Below are positions 56,901 to 64,000 of a stretch of DNA of 64,000 nt, in pieces (positions within the stretch are counted from its first letter, which is position 1; every line of letters begins with the position of its first letter). A model generated the notes under the pieces. That model was given only the letters and a program-made list of their open reading frames with translations, searched no databases and had not been told where the DNA came from. Position numbers and translations under genes: made by a program. This stretch comes from a virus, in IMG/VR virus record IMGVR_UViG_3300044633_000521; one strand, written 5' to 3'.

Positions 56901-59900
56901 AATATAGAACGCACAATTGTTTGAGCAAATTGTCAGAGACGAGCCAAATCGTGCTCCTTGTTGTATAGCGCCTAAGGTGCCATCAAGTGAGTCAATACCA
57001 ATTAGTTTTTCTAATAGAGTAAATTTATTAGAATGAATATTAACTATTTTGCCTATACCAATCGGAATATTAAATGTAATTTGGTTGGCACCAGTCTTGG
57101 TGTAGTCTGTACCTTCATACACTTCTACATCATCAACTGTTACTTTATATACTGTTGCAATAGTTTCTTCAGTAGTGTACACAGTGTCTTCAGTACTATT
57201 GAATGCTTCAATAACACGATCGTAAGCAAATACGCTACCAGCAGCAACGTTTTCTGTATATGAAGCCAAGTTATATGTTACACCGTCAATTACATACGTT
57301 GGTGTAGCTGTACCTACTTCTACTGATTTTTGAACTTCTACAACATTGCCTGATATAGTAGTTGAGTATGTAGCGACATTTACTGTAGTGCCAGGGGCAC
57401 CAATACCCAATTGTGCTCCATTTAGACTAGAATCAATACAATAACCAAATTCACTTCCGGCCGGACCAGAGATAGTTTCGACCAACGCATAATAAGGACG
57501 TTGACTAATAGTTAGTGTAGTTCCGCTAGCAATGCTACCAGTTAAGAATGTTAATAAACTACCAGATACTGTATAATCAATATTGGGTATATATGTACGT
57601 ACATTACTAGTAACTACTAAAGCATTAGCATCTCCGTTAACTTCGGGGGTAAACGGTACTGTAATAGTTGATGTACTTGCTGGAGCAACATTAGTTCCTG
57701 ATACTTCTGTTATAAAACGTTTTAATCCGTAAACATAAGTTTTGTCGTTGCCTGGGGCGCCTACATACAACCAATGGCCGTATTCATCAAAGGCAAAACC
57801 GTAGCCAAACTGGTCACCTGCTACGCCAGCAATAACTTGTCCCCTAGTCCACTCTGTAGTGCCAACGGTTTTATTATAGGTATAGATCATACCTACATTA
57901 CCTGATCCACTATATGGAGCACTAACTGCCATAACCTCATTGTCACCGTCTACAGCATTAAGTGCTATATCAATGTGATGGCCAAATTGTAGAGTATTTG
58001 TAGCATCAGGACTAATTGTTGATGTTTGTACAAACGCATTGTTTACTGTTTTGTCAAATACTGTAACAACCCCCACACCGCCCGCTGACAGTGTGCTACC
58101 AACAGCAATAGTATTAGTGTCGTCGCTCATTTTAATTGAACGACCAAACCCATCATTAGATGCGTATTCAGTATTAGTTGCTACAGTCGAAACTGTAGTA
58201 TTATCAGCAAAATACGCACTATTAGTTACAGCTTGACCATTAATAATAGCCGTATTATAAACACCATCAACGATACTAATAACATTAGCATCGTAAATAT
58301 CATAATTGCTGATAATACCCACAGCATTACCGGTGATTAGCGTGATGTTTGAAACCACATTGCCGCCGATAGTTAATGTACTTGTGGCATTTGCTAGTGC
58401 TACATTACTAAAAGTAATGTATAAATCATTGGTTTTTTCTATGCGTTGCTCTAAATTCCAAGGACGTTGTTTTTCGTAAACTTTCCACAGATTAGTTGCT
58501 GAATATGATTGGCCTTGTGTAGCTGTAGTTTCAGCATCAACATCAATCCAAACTTTTTCACCTACTTGCCAGCCATGTGGTGGCATATATTGACGGGTGT
58601 CTTCCATAAATTGGAAGCGCAGACTGTCTAATCTAAACAATATACCACTACCGTCTAATGTTGTTAGGGCTGTGGTATCGCCAGTATACAATACCATAAT
58701 ACGTGTCAATGACATTACCTTGTATACTTGATAGAAGCCATCGATGTTTATATCAAAATTACGTAGCATAAACACATCGTTAGCCACAAACTCATGTGGG
58801 TAATCTGTTTCTAAAATAATATATCCGTCAAGACTATTTTCAACACGAATAACATGGTGATCAGTTTCTGTAATACGGTAAACATTCCAGTCTTGTTGAA
58901 AGTCTTTTGCCACCCAGATTGTATACCCGCTGCCTATTAGGTATAATCTATCTTCTAAATTTTTATAGTTAGCGAGATCAAATATAGTAGCGTCAACATC
59001 GTCGATGTTTACATACCCTGCAGTTGGAATGTCGTTGTCATAGTCACTGAAACTGTTGCGTTCTAGTGCTATGTTACCTGTGTACCCTTCAGTAGATTTA
59101 TATAAATCATTGGCAGAGAATATAGTTACGCCGTTTGAAGTGCTTGGGTCCGTAGTAAATTCTGCTAGGGCCGGATTTACGCCAAACGCACTCTCATTCA
59201 TTGAGATTTCTAAATAAGGATTTTGATCAAGTGCTCCATATTCACCAACACGAATTGCCCACTCTTCGTAGTATCGAATAGCACTGTTTAAATTATTAAA
59301 CTGCGCTTGTGTTAGGGCATCGACAGCATTGGCTGTGCCTTTTTGTTTAATATAACCTTTATAGAATTCTACCTGGGTCGTTTCATTTAGGCCAAGGTCA
59401 TCTAAATAGGCACGCGGTTTGTAACCGATTAAACCATGGCTATACTTAATTGTTTCAGAATCGTTAAAGTATCCGTACGGATCATAGTAGCTCTGTGCTT
59501 TAATTGCATTGCTTGCCCAGTTAGGTAATAGACCTTTTTTAATTTGACTATAATCTGCTGTTTTCCAGTAGGTAAAATCAAATGTTTCTGTAGCAATAAT
59601 ATTTTGTAGGGCCACAAAGTATTGATTCTTATATTGTACCAACTCGCCTTTAAGATAATCGCGGCCAGCGGCCCAACTATCAACTTTACCCGAATTATAT
59701 ATAAAACCTGGGGCACTTAAACTACCATCCCATGCGTCTGTTCTTTGTCCGATTAGTTTTAAGCGATACTGTCTATTACCTAACTCTGGTTTGTAAATAA
59801 TATCGTTGAACACTGTGGTATTGTCGAATATTAAAACATGCTCATACTGAACTAAATCGAGTTCGATGTAACCAATAATCTGGCCATTGGTTATAACTAC

Positions 59901-62900
59901 ATTAAAATTAGTAGCTGATCTGTAGACTGTATATTCTGTATTTTTAACTAGTTTAAAATTTTGATCTAATATTTTAGAGCCATGCTGTTTGTCATTGATC
60001 TCGTCAATGATTGTACCATTAGTAACTCCACTAATTATGCCGATAGCCGGACTTAATACTATAATGCTGCCAGTGTTCCACCCTTGCTGTGCCCAGAATA
60101 AGAATTCTTTGGCAGATAATCTCCAATTCTGAATTTCGCTTAAGGTACCGTTAAGTTGATCAAATTTGAACCCTTGAGCTAGTAGATTACGCTCGTAGCT
60201 AATTAAGAAATCTGCTACCTGTTGTTGACTGCGGAATTCATATCCATAAGGAATGCTAAGTTTAGTAGATTGATAGTTATTATAAACTTTGATTTGACTA
60301 GATAGAACGTTTACTGTGGTATAATTGTTATTAGCCACGCTAGGAATAATTGTAAAATAAGGATTACTTAAATTGTAACCACGTACACTATACCCGTTAC
60401 TTGTTTTTTCAACAATTACAGCACTATATGTGATTTTATCAACTGGTGTCGATTTGTGTAGATGAACTTCATAGTTTTCGTTTGGTACTATAATACTGTC
60501 ATTGGTACTACTAGGTGAGCTTTGTTCAGCTAGCACTTGTAGATATTTTTGATCACTAAAACCTGCCATCTTGTAGGCAAGATTTACATTATAATTTTTC
60601 AATAGCGGTGTAATTTTAACGCTAGGATTTATACCTAGATTAGTTAAATAATCTGCGATCCAGTTTAAGTAACCTGCGCTGCGAACCACAGTACCTGAAC
60701 TAATATCACCGTTAAAATTAATTTTATCTTGTTCGATATGGTGATTACTACCTGTCAAGTATTGGCCTAAACTGTAGTTTGTACTGTAGGTATATGTATC
60801 AATTAACAAACCAAAATATCTTGCTGGTTTAGCCACAGCCAAAGCCTGTTGAACAGCAAACGGAAAATCGCTACTCCGTCTCCATGATGTTTCTACAGGG
60901 CCGCAGTCACCCACTACCCAGTTGCCGCTAGTACGATTTGCTTGGAATCCTTTAGTTATTGCTTCGGCTGGATTTCTTAGATTACCGTACTCGTCGACTG
61001 GTATAACTTGACTTAACCCTGGGCGGGCAAAGTTTAAATCAATTCCCGCACGTGCGCCATCTACAATACGACCTGCTTCTAAGTCATCCCACAATAATTG
61101 ATTGCCGCCTGTGTAGGGGCCTGGACCATAATAATCTCCCCACCATGTTGGTTTTTCAGTAAAGCCCAGCATTTCCCACGGACGTTGATGCGGTGCGTCA
61201 GTATCGTAGAAATAACGATAGATACCTCTCCAACCACCTACTAGTGGTTCACCATCTAAGCGATCAACAAAATTGTTATAATTCCACGAAAACAAATCAC
61301 TATTTTCGTATGTGCTGTTTGTGCTGTAGTCTAACTTATTGTTGCCTACCCAATTTAAGAAACCCTTACTTAAAATTTGATTAGCTTCTGTTATCGAATA
61401 TTCATTGTTTCTAAATTTACCGGGTAGTACAGCATAGATATCACTATAAGAACCTATATCAAAAAGTTTAATATTATTATAAATTCGACTTTCTAATTCT
61501 AATAGGAATTGGTCTCGATAATCGTTGAACGCAGGTGTTAAGCTACCGTCGTGTCCACGAAGAACATTTATTGGTGTTCTATAAGTATCATCCTCAAAAA
61601 TTTCTGGTGGAAATTTAGGAAATAAACCTAACTTAGTTGGAGTTTCTGGAATATAGTTACCGTCAGTATTTGAATATTCGTAAATACCCAATACGTCATC
61701 TACTTCCAACGCAACAGTGTCAGCTATAGTAATAGCTGGTCGATCAGTATTAAATGTATAGTCACGCCCTAAGATTAACTGAGTTCCGTTTAGGTAAACT
61801 AGCACCGCTTGGTTGCTTAATTGATACGCATTAAACACATTAGTAATTTCGTATGTTTTAACTAACGGATCAAAAATAGTGTATCCGGGATCATTAATAA
61901 TAGTTTTTAGTGGACCGTACGGTACCATATCACTGTAATACCACGGGAATGTACGATTTTTAATTGCGTTGATTGTGGTTAAGATTAAGTCAACACTTGA
62001 AATTGGATCAATAGGATCGATGCCCTGTAGGGTTGTACTTAATTCTAAGAATTTATTTTTAAATTTGGTATATTCTTGTTGGGCAAGTCGAATACTGTCC
62101 ATTAGATTTGCTTGCTCATCTAAGAGGAATATACTTGCGTAAGGTACAGGGGCACTATGTTGTAAGATGTTGCCGCCTTGTGCTTTGATTTCAATGTCTC
62201 GTAAATTGCTAGTGCCCAATATGTTACCATCTAGCTCTTTACTATTTTGACTTAATTCAATTAAGTGGTTACGCATTTGTCCTAACGTAACTGTGTCTAG
62301 GTCAATATTTTGTGAGTTTAAATCTAAGTTTGTTGGGATTTGGTAATGGCCTAACTGACTAACTTCAGTACTATAAACTAAGATATCAATCTTATCATTG
62401 ATAGTTAACGTAGAATTGACCGTTACCTTTAAGGTAGAACTATCAAATACCCAGCTATTGGATTTTAAAATCCTATTATTCACATAAACTTTTAGATAAG
62501 GAATAGTAGTTTCAGCAACAGGAGCCACATCTAACTTAAATGCCGGCGAACTGCCATCATATTCAAAGGTTAAGATTTGATATTGCTTACTATATTCAGC
62601 TACTGTAGACCATACATTGGCAAACGTAATGTTATCTCTGTCAACTATTTTAGCTAAAAAACCAGTATTAACATTACCTGTGACTGTGACACCACCATTG
62701 ACGTAGGTAAATGTGTCAGTGTCGTAATAGTTTTGAAATTCAATATCTCCTTGAGTTCCAAAATTACGATAGCTTAACCCAAAACCTAATACAGTATCTG
62801 CTGTACTAGTAGAACTTCTCTTATAACCAATTACCCGTGTACCCGCAAATGTACTAGCAGTATAGTCAGCAAAACTAACTTCGTTACTATCAACAATGTC

Positions 62901-64000
62901 GTACAAAGGATCTTGCTGAAGCTCTGTTTTTTGTTGGCATTCTAACCACTGACTACCTGTATACCACCATTGGCTACCTTTATATCGTCCTAATTTAACC
63001 ACCAACGTATCGTATACGTTGCTGTCACCATCGTCTGCTACAGTCAATTTGATCTGCGGGTCACCTGTTGGCAGACCTGTAGTAGGACTAGCTTCAGTAT
63101 AAACTAAACTCACTACATAAATTTTATCACGCACCAATGGGTCAATGTCGTTAGCAAATAAAACTCGCAACCCATTAGGATATGCTGTTAGATCTTCACC
63201 AAATGCTGTTGTATAATATTTGCCTTCTAGTTCATTAAACGCATTATTAGTAGTGGTGTCAAGAATATCAATCGCCTGCTTGCCTATGCGACCGTAATTA
63301 AACAACTGGTAGTTAGACTCAAACTGTACAATAGGGCGTTGCGCACGCAGTACTTGATCAAAGAATGGAACAGTATTGTTATATTCTGCTGTTTTAGTAA
63401 TTACATCCGAGTGAAACCAACGGTTATTACGAGTCCATGCGTTTAAATCTTGGCTAGAACGAACAATAGTGATGTATTCTGGAAAAACTTCGTTAGGCAA
63501 TACATCGTTGACTACAGTGCCGCTAGCAATATTAGTTCCGCTAACAGTCATACCTTTAGTAATGTCCGCTACAGATGATAGTGTAATAATGGATGTTTTG
63601 CCGGCTGGTACTTCTGTATCAACTATAATAGTACTAGTGCCTATAGTAATAGTAGCACCAGCTAGAATTACATCTGTTGCGGCTTTGCTTACTACTATTT
63701 TTTGTAGTGGGTAGTTTGTTGCTATCTCATCATTGTATGATTCCGGAGTAACTAACAACTCCACATCAACTAGTTTAATACTATCGCCTACCCCCTCAAC
63801 ATAAAATTCTTTGTTTTGGTAACTTGTTGGGGTTACATCTGTAGCAAAACGAATCTTAAGTCCACTGGTGAAATCTATACCGTTAGGACTAGTATAGTTG
63901 GCTTTGCCCAAAATATCTGCGTCTACATCGATAGTATAACCAGCAGGGTCTACTAGGTTAAGTTCACCATAGATATCAGCATCAATACCATCCTGATAAT
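50988..64000 (-). CDS. Giant baseplate wedge/virion protein (partial, >4,330 aa; start beyond right edge)
   Basis: Frame stays open to the window edge (YQDGIDADIYGELNLVDPAGY...). EEWAIRVGEYG, FG-GAP-like propeller repeats, YINEVKPY..KIRE and HAPEELIPG motifs. Confidence 0.85.
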   Translation of the reverse strand, partial: YQDGIDADIYGELNLVDPAGYTIDVDADILGKANYTSPNGIDFTSGLKIRFATDVTPTSYQNKEFYVEGVGDSIKLVDVELLVTPESYNDEIATNYPLQKIVVSKAATDVILAGATITIGTSTIIVDTEVPAGKTSIITLSSVADITKGMTVSGTNIASGTVVNDVLPNEVFPEYITIVRSSQDLNAWTRNNRWFHSDVITKTAEYNNTVPFFDQVLRAQRPIVQFESNYQLFNYGRIGKQAIDILDTTTNNAFNELEGKYYTTAFGEDLTAYPNGLRVLFANDIDPLVRDKIYVVSLVYTEASPTTGLPTGDPQIKLTVADDGDSNVYDTLVVKLGRYKGSQWWYTGSQWLECQQKTELQQDPLYDIVDSNEVSFADYTASTFAGTRVIGYKRSSTSTADTVLGFGLSYRNFGTQGDIEFQNYYDTDTFTYVNGGVTVTGNVNTGFLAKIVDRDNITFANVWSTVAEYSKQYQILTFEYDGSSPAFKLDVAPVAETTIPYLKVYVNNRILKSNSWVFDSSTLKVTVNSTLTINDKIDILVYSTEVSQLGHYQIPTNLDLNSQNIDLDTVTLGQMRNHLIELSQNSKELDGNILGTSNLRDIEIKAQGGNILQHSAPVPYASIFLLDEQANLMDSIRLAQQEYTKFKNKFLELSTTLQGIDPIDPISSVDLILTTINAIKNRTFPWYYSDMVPYGPLKTIINDPGYTIFDPLVKTYEITNVFNAYQLSNQAVLVYLNGTQLILGRDYTFNTDRPAITIADTVALEVDDVLGIYEYSNTDGNYIPETPTKLGLFPKFPPEIFEDDTYRTPINVLRGHDGSLTPAFNDYRDQFLLELESRIYNNIKLFDIGSYSDIYAVLPGKFRNNEYSITEANQILSKGFLNWVGNNKLDYSTNSTYENSDLFSWNYNNFVDRLDGEPLVGGWRGIYRYFYDTDAPHQRPWEMLGFTEKPTWWGDYYGPGPYTGGNQLLWDDLEAGRIVDGARAGIDLNFARPGLSQVIPVDEYGNLRNPAEAITKGFQANRTSGNWVVGDCGPVETSWRRSSDFPFAVQQALAVAKPARYFGLLIDTYTYSTNYSLGQYLTGSNHHIEQDKINFNGDISSGTVVRSAGYLNWIADYLTNLGINPSVKITPLLKNYNVNLAYKMAGFSDQKYLQVLAEQSSPSSTNDSIIVPNENYEVHLHKSTPVDKITYSAVIVEKTSNGYSVRGYNLSNPYFTIIPSVANNNYTTVNVLSSQIKVYNNYQSTKLSIPYGYEFRSQQQVADFLISYERNLLAQGFKFDQLNGTLSEIQNWRLSAKEFLFWAQQGWNTGSIIVLSPAIGIISGVTNGTIIDEINDKQHGSKILDQNFKLVKNTEYTVYRSATNFNVVITNGQIIGYIELDLVQYEHVLIFDNTTVFNDIIYKPELGNRQYRLKLIGQRTDAWDGSLSAPGFIYNSGKVDSWAAGRDYLKGELVQYKNQYFVALQNIIATETFDFTYWKTADYSQIKKGLLPNWASNAIKAQSYYDPYGYFNDSETIKYSHGLIGYKPRAYLDDLGLNETTQVEFYKGYIKQKGTANAVDALTQAQFNNLNSAIRYYEEWAIRVGEYGALDQNPYLEISMNESAFGVNPALAEFTTDPSTSNGVTIFSANDLYKSTEGYTGNIALERNSFSDYDNDIPTAGYVNIDDVDATIFDLANYKNLEDRLYLIGSGYTIWVAKDFQQDWNVYRITETDHHVIRVENSLDGYIILETDYPHEFVANDVFMLRNFDINIDGFYQVYKVMSLTRIMVLYTGDTTALTTLDGSGILFRLDSLRFQFMEDTRQYMPPHGWQVGEKVWIDVDAETTATQGQSYSATNLWKVYEKQRPWNLEQRIEKTNDLYITFSNVALANATSTLTIGGNVVSNITLITGNAVGIISNYDIYDANVISIVDGVYNTAIINGQAVTNSAYFADNTTVSTVATNTEYASNDGFGRSIKMSDDTNTIAVGSTLSAGGVGVVTVFDKTVNNAFVQTSTISPDATNTLQFGHHIDIALNAVDGDNEVMAVSAPYSGSGNVGMIYTYNKTVGTTEWTRGQVIAGVAGDQFGYGFAFDEYGHWLYVGAPGNDKTYVYGLKRFITEVSGTNVAPASTSTITVPFTPEVNGDANALVVTSNVRTYIPNIDYTVSGSLLTFLTGSIASGTTLTISQRPYYALVETISGPAGSEFGYCIDSSLNGAQLGIGAPGTTVNVATYSTTISGNVVEVQKSVEVGTATPTYVIDGVTYNLASYTENVAAGSVFAYDRVIEAFNSTEDTVYTTEETIATVYKVTVDDVEVYEGTDYTKTGANQITFNIPIGIGKIVNIHSNKFTLLEKLIGIDSLDGTLGAIQQGARFGSSLTICSNNCAFYIGAPYYNKDTSYNTGAVWKFHNRGTLYGTNTGYAKNPTFTPGDKIRLDNFEITVSGTSLDSLVQDINDANLLGITAVNENGYLRLNSDKTVAKNRLRILSASGTVYADADMAIFAFMQIITNPLGAANEYFGTKVILARNAYMLLIASERGTTKRYTTFDNEVTYFDSNTTGVYDKIKGSGSVYTYELYDDPRDDVEHPGRYQYNQQIDPGDLNPIDQFGAAIDIIGDYILVTAPKDDTTARDAGSIYLFSNPARTRGWKLIRWQQPKVDIESVTRLYIYNKKTNSILTNLEFIDPAKGKILGQAEQDITYKTAWDPALYNQGFNADLDINPDIYWGQNQVGQVWWNLGKVRLVDYEQDTLTYRSINWGNFFPGSTIEVLEWVESTVLPSRYVTAGYDGTPLYADDSAYVSTTFVDSLTITQKYYFWVKDKVTMDAPNSIRTLPISTIQNLIENPKSNGTAYAAIVASNAVIVYNVADYLSASDTILHIDYALKKNTNIIHSEYELVQKDNPTNEIPTKIIRKLVDSLSGQDGSGAVVPDPNLSVADRYGIAFRPRQAMFVDRVTALTSALTWVNSLFVDYPIARQFDLTLLTAQEDIPNIKLSAYDQSVDTEEALLYIDTQPLTVGYKVLVLNNTSLQSLWTLHTLADNKTWTLTQTQSYKTSLFWDYVDWYSTGYSSLTKATYVADTLVDAKKLPYAADDIIKVNNASDGQWQLIAVDSAGVFNVVGIQNGTLQFNIDTLTVTTDVPSIEIRNIITALKDSIFTGQLNGKFNEFFFTLVNYVFTEQKYIDWMFKTSFVSVVHQLRGLTQFPNYIKDNQTYYEDYINEVKPYATKIREYLINYNSSDEFLGSVSDFDLPSYYDTTMKMFRSPSGERSGQDHQLWQTQEYNQWYTNRNHQIESIIVEDPGSGYVSQPSISIISGHGVSVEATGKTGEYTITVDNTVGIRTGYTAIGTGLGVSAKVTNIVGLIVTLDVANINSVNGIVTFQEFAFTAATAEATFDADTGTVTSITVLTNGYGYDTTPQIIVNGSCDVPARAYAVLKNNQVRSISTTMKFDRVGYDTAVREWTANTSYLAGEIVSYGGVGYSVNASLPQGTAVFNSNDFTVYAPADFSNANDRIMAYYSPSNNMPAKDLKQLLYGVEYPGVQVTGLGFNQQPGFTGKVLVKLTFDTPISADSGNIITQPGPDNLLTLSSSLALAAGDVITQTYSPQSNATVTASATVFSSNIHPSGTSNQVYIVRNNLIDFDLNSSNIAVNSNPVEISTWGNIASAANTAPWSWSNVGVVPTSISSIEDANIKVTSGGDSVISVIGILNSTAKFDTTAGNININGAVVGVLITDVEFVNTTDSAYSSYADANPFDTGAFDQVDYDEDGNPIVSTAGIDTQITSSYLDANIGLRPEDINVDGGAYVDTYSSHAPEELIPGVLLETLDIQVYTKINGNVDILGYRIFNRSYPLFNSIINETSFLRIADAYSTVLATELAITDTEILVVDAAKLSTPDTLAGIPGVIFIDGERITYWTIDLVTNTLGQIRRGTQGTGMPIVHPAGTLVVDASDRQLIPNAAPSTSIGVGSDVALILSNVALATETTSLTIGGYIVANASIIANSNVVSITTATSSNVANILIGQTVVGGNITASTSVLAIENVYHVTDTPSYQLRLSGNVTPKVGDILTQATSGANITVSAADPVLEETIVLNKVITANVGDYITQATTGTNVIVTADANSVTSVSIEYLTGSFETITGNLAINGVELIDSTYSGNVWSNVGIVPHIATDRNVTIVSYIYNTANTFAYSNVVVQMDGDITAPVGSYITQIGSNANVIVQANVTSDPNVVVVLGSLYSFDLAGGNILINGVDANVKPIIETANPVDYLLSGIYVNGQQSNVYPLFASLSGEVSIAGNVNVSSNVELVIANVWSLVASNVTAGSFEIDSSSEQVLFLKGAPATYNVGIVTEDAVNIITTEDDNIIIEE

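Noticed and set aside
596-63714. Numerous 60-180 aa plus-strand ORFs and nested minus-strand ORFs in the track
   Set aside because: They are shadows of well-supported genes with no motifs or RBS; only 4474..5460 is credible on the plus strand.
63909-63911. TTG at 63911 as start of the giant protein
   Set aside because: The frame stays open to position 64000 with no SD; the gene begins outside the window.
1-64000. Stop-codon reassignment as in some jumbo phages
   Set aside because: Conserved enzymes are full length under the standard code, and TAA, TAG and TGA all end genes at expected positions.
1-64000. tRNA/rRNA genes, integrase, transposase, homing endonuclease or reverse transcriptase
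   Set aside because: Intergenic gaps are mostly under 100 bp with no cloverleaf seen, and no ORF shows the relevant motifs.

Overview
A 64 kb segment of a large (jumbo-type) tailed dsDNA phage genome, most reminiscent of T4-related RaK2/GAP32-like jumbo myophages from environmental metagenomes. It is densely coded, uses the standard genetic code, and all credible genes but one are on the minus strand. In transcription order (right to left) it has: a >4,300-aa baseplate/virion protein running off the right edge, a coiled-coil fibre and further virion genes; three GT-A-like glycosyltransferases; four tandem twitch-domain radical SAM genes; family B DNA polymerase; a radical SAM-methyltransferase fusion; a sliding-clamp-like gene; a sulfotransferase; a 7-deazaguanine module (TGT/DpdA-like, second T-fold protein, GT-B glycosyltransferase, short PLP enzyme, FolE, PRTase, QueE, QueD; no QueC in the window) carrying an inserted GDP-colitose cassette, S8 protease, B12-radical SAM and 2OG-oxygenase genes; MetK; RNase H; a DEDDh exonuclease; a MoxR-VWA pair; DHFR; and thymidylate synthase. 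Two candidate systems stand out. (1) A phage-encoded glycan synthesis and tailoring toolkit, together with a strong [A/S/G]-Asn motif in probably exposed parts of virion proteins, suggesting virion N-glycosylation. (2) A QueC-less deazaguanine pathway linked to a glycosyltransferase, suggesting a hypermodified DNA base. Near-consensus sigma70 promoters, apparently leaderless genes and RBS-controlling hairpins are also visible. All family calls come from motif recognition by eye; no database searches were run.
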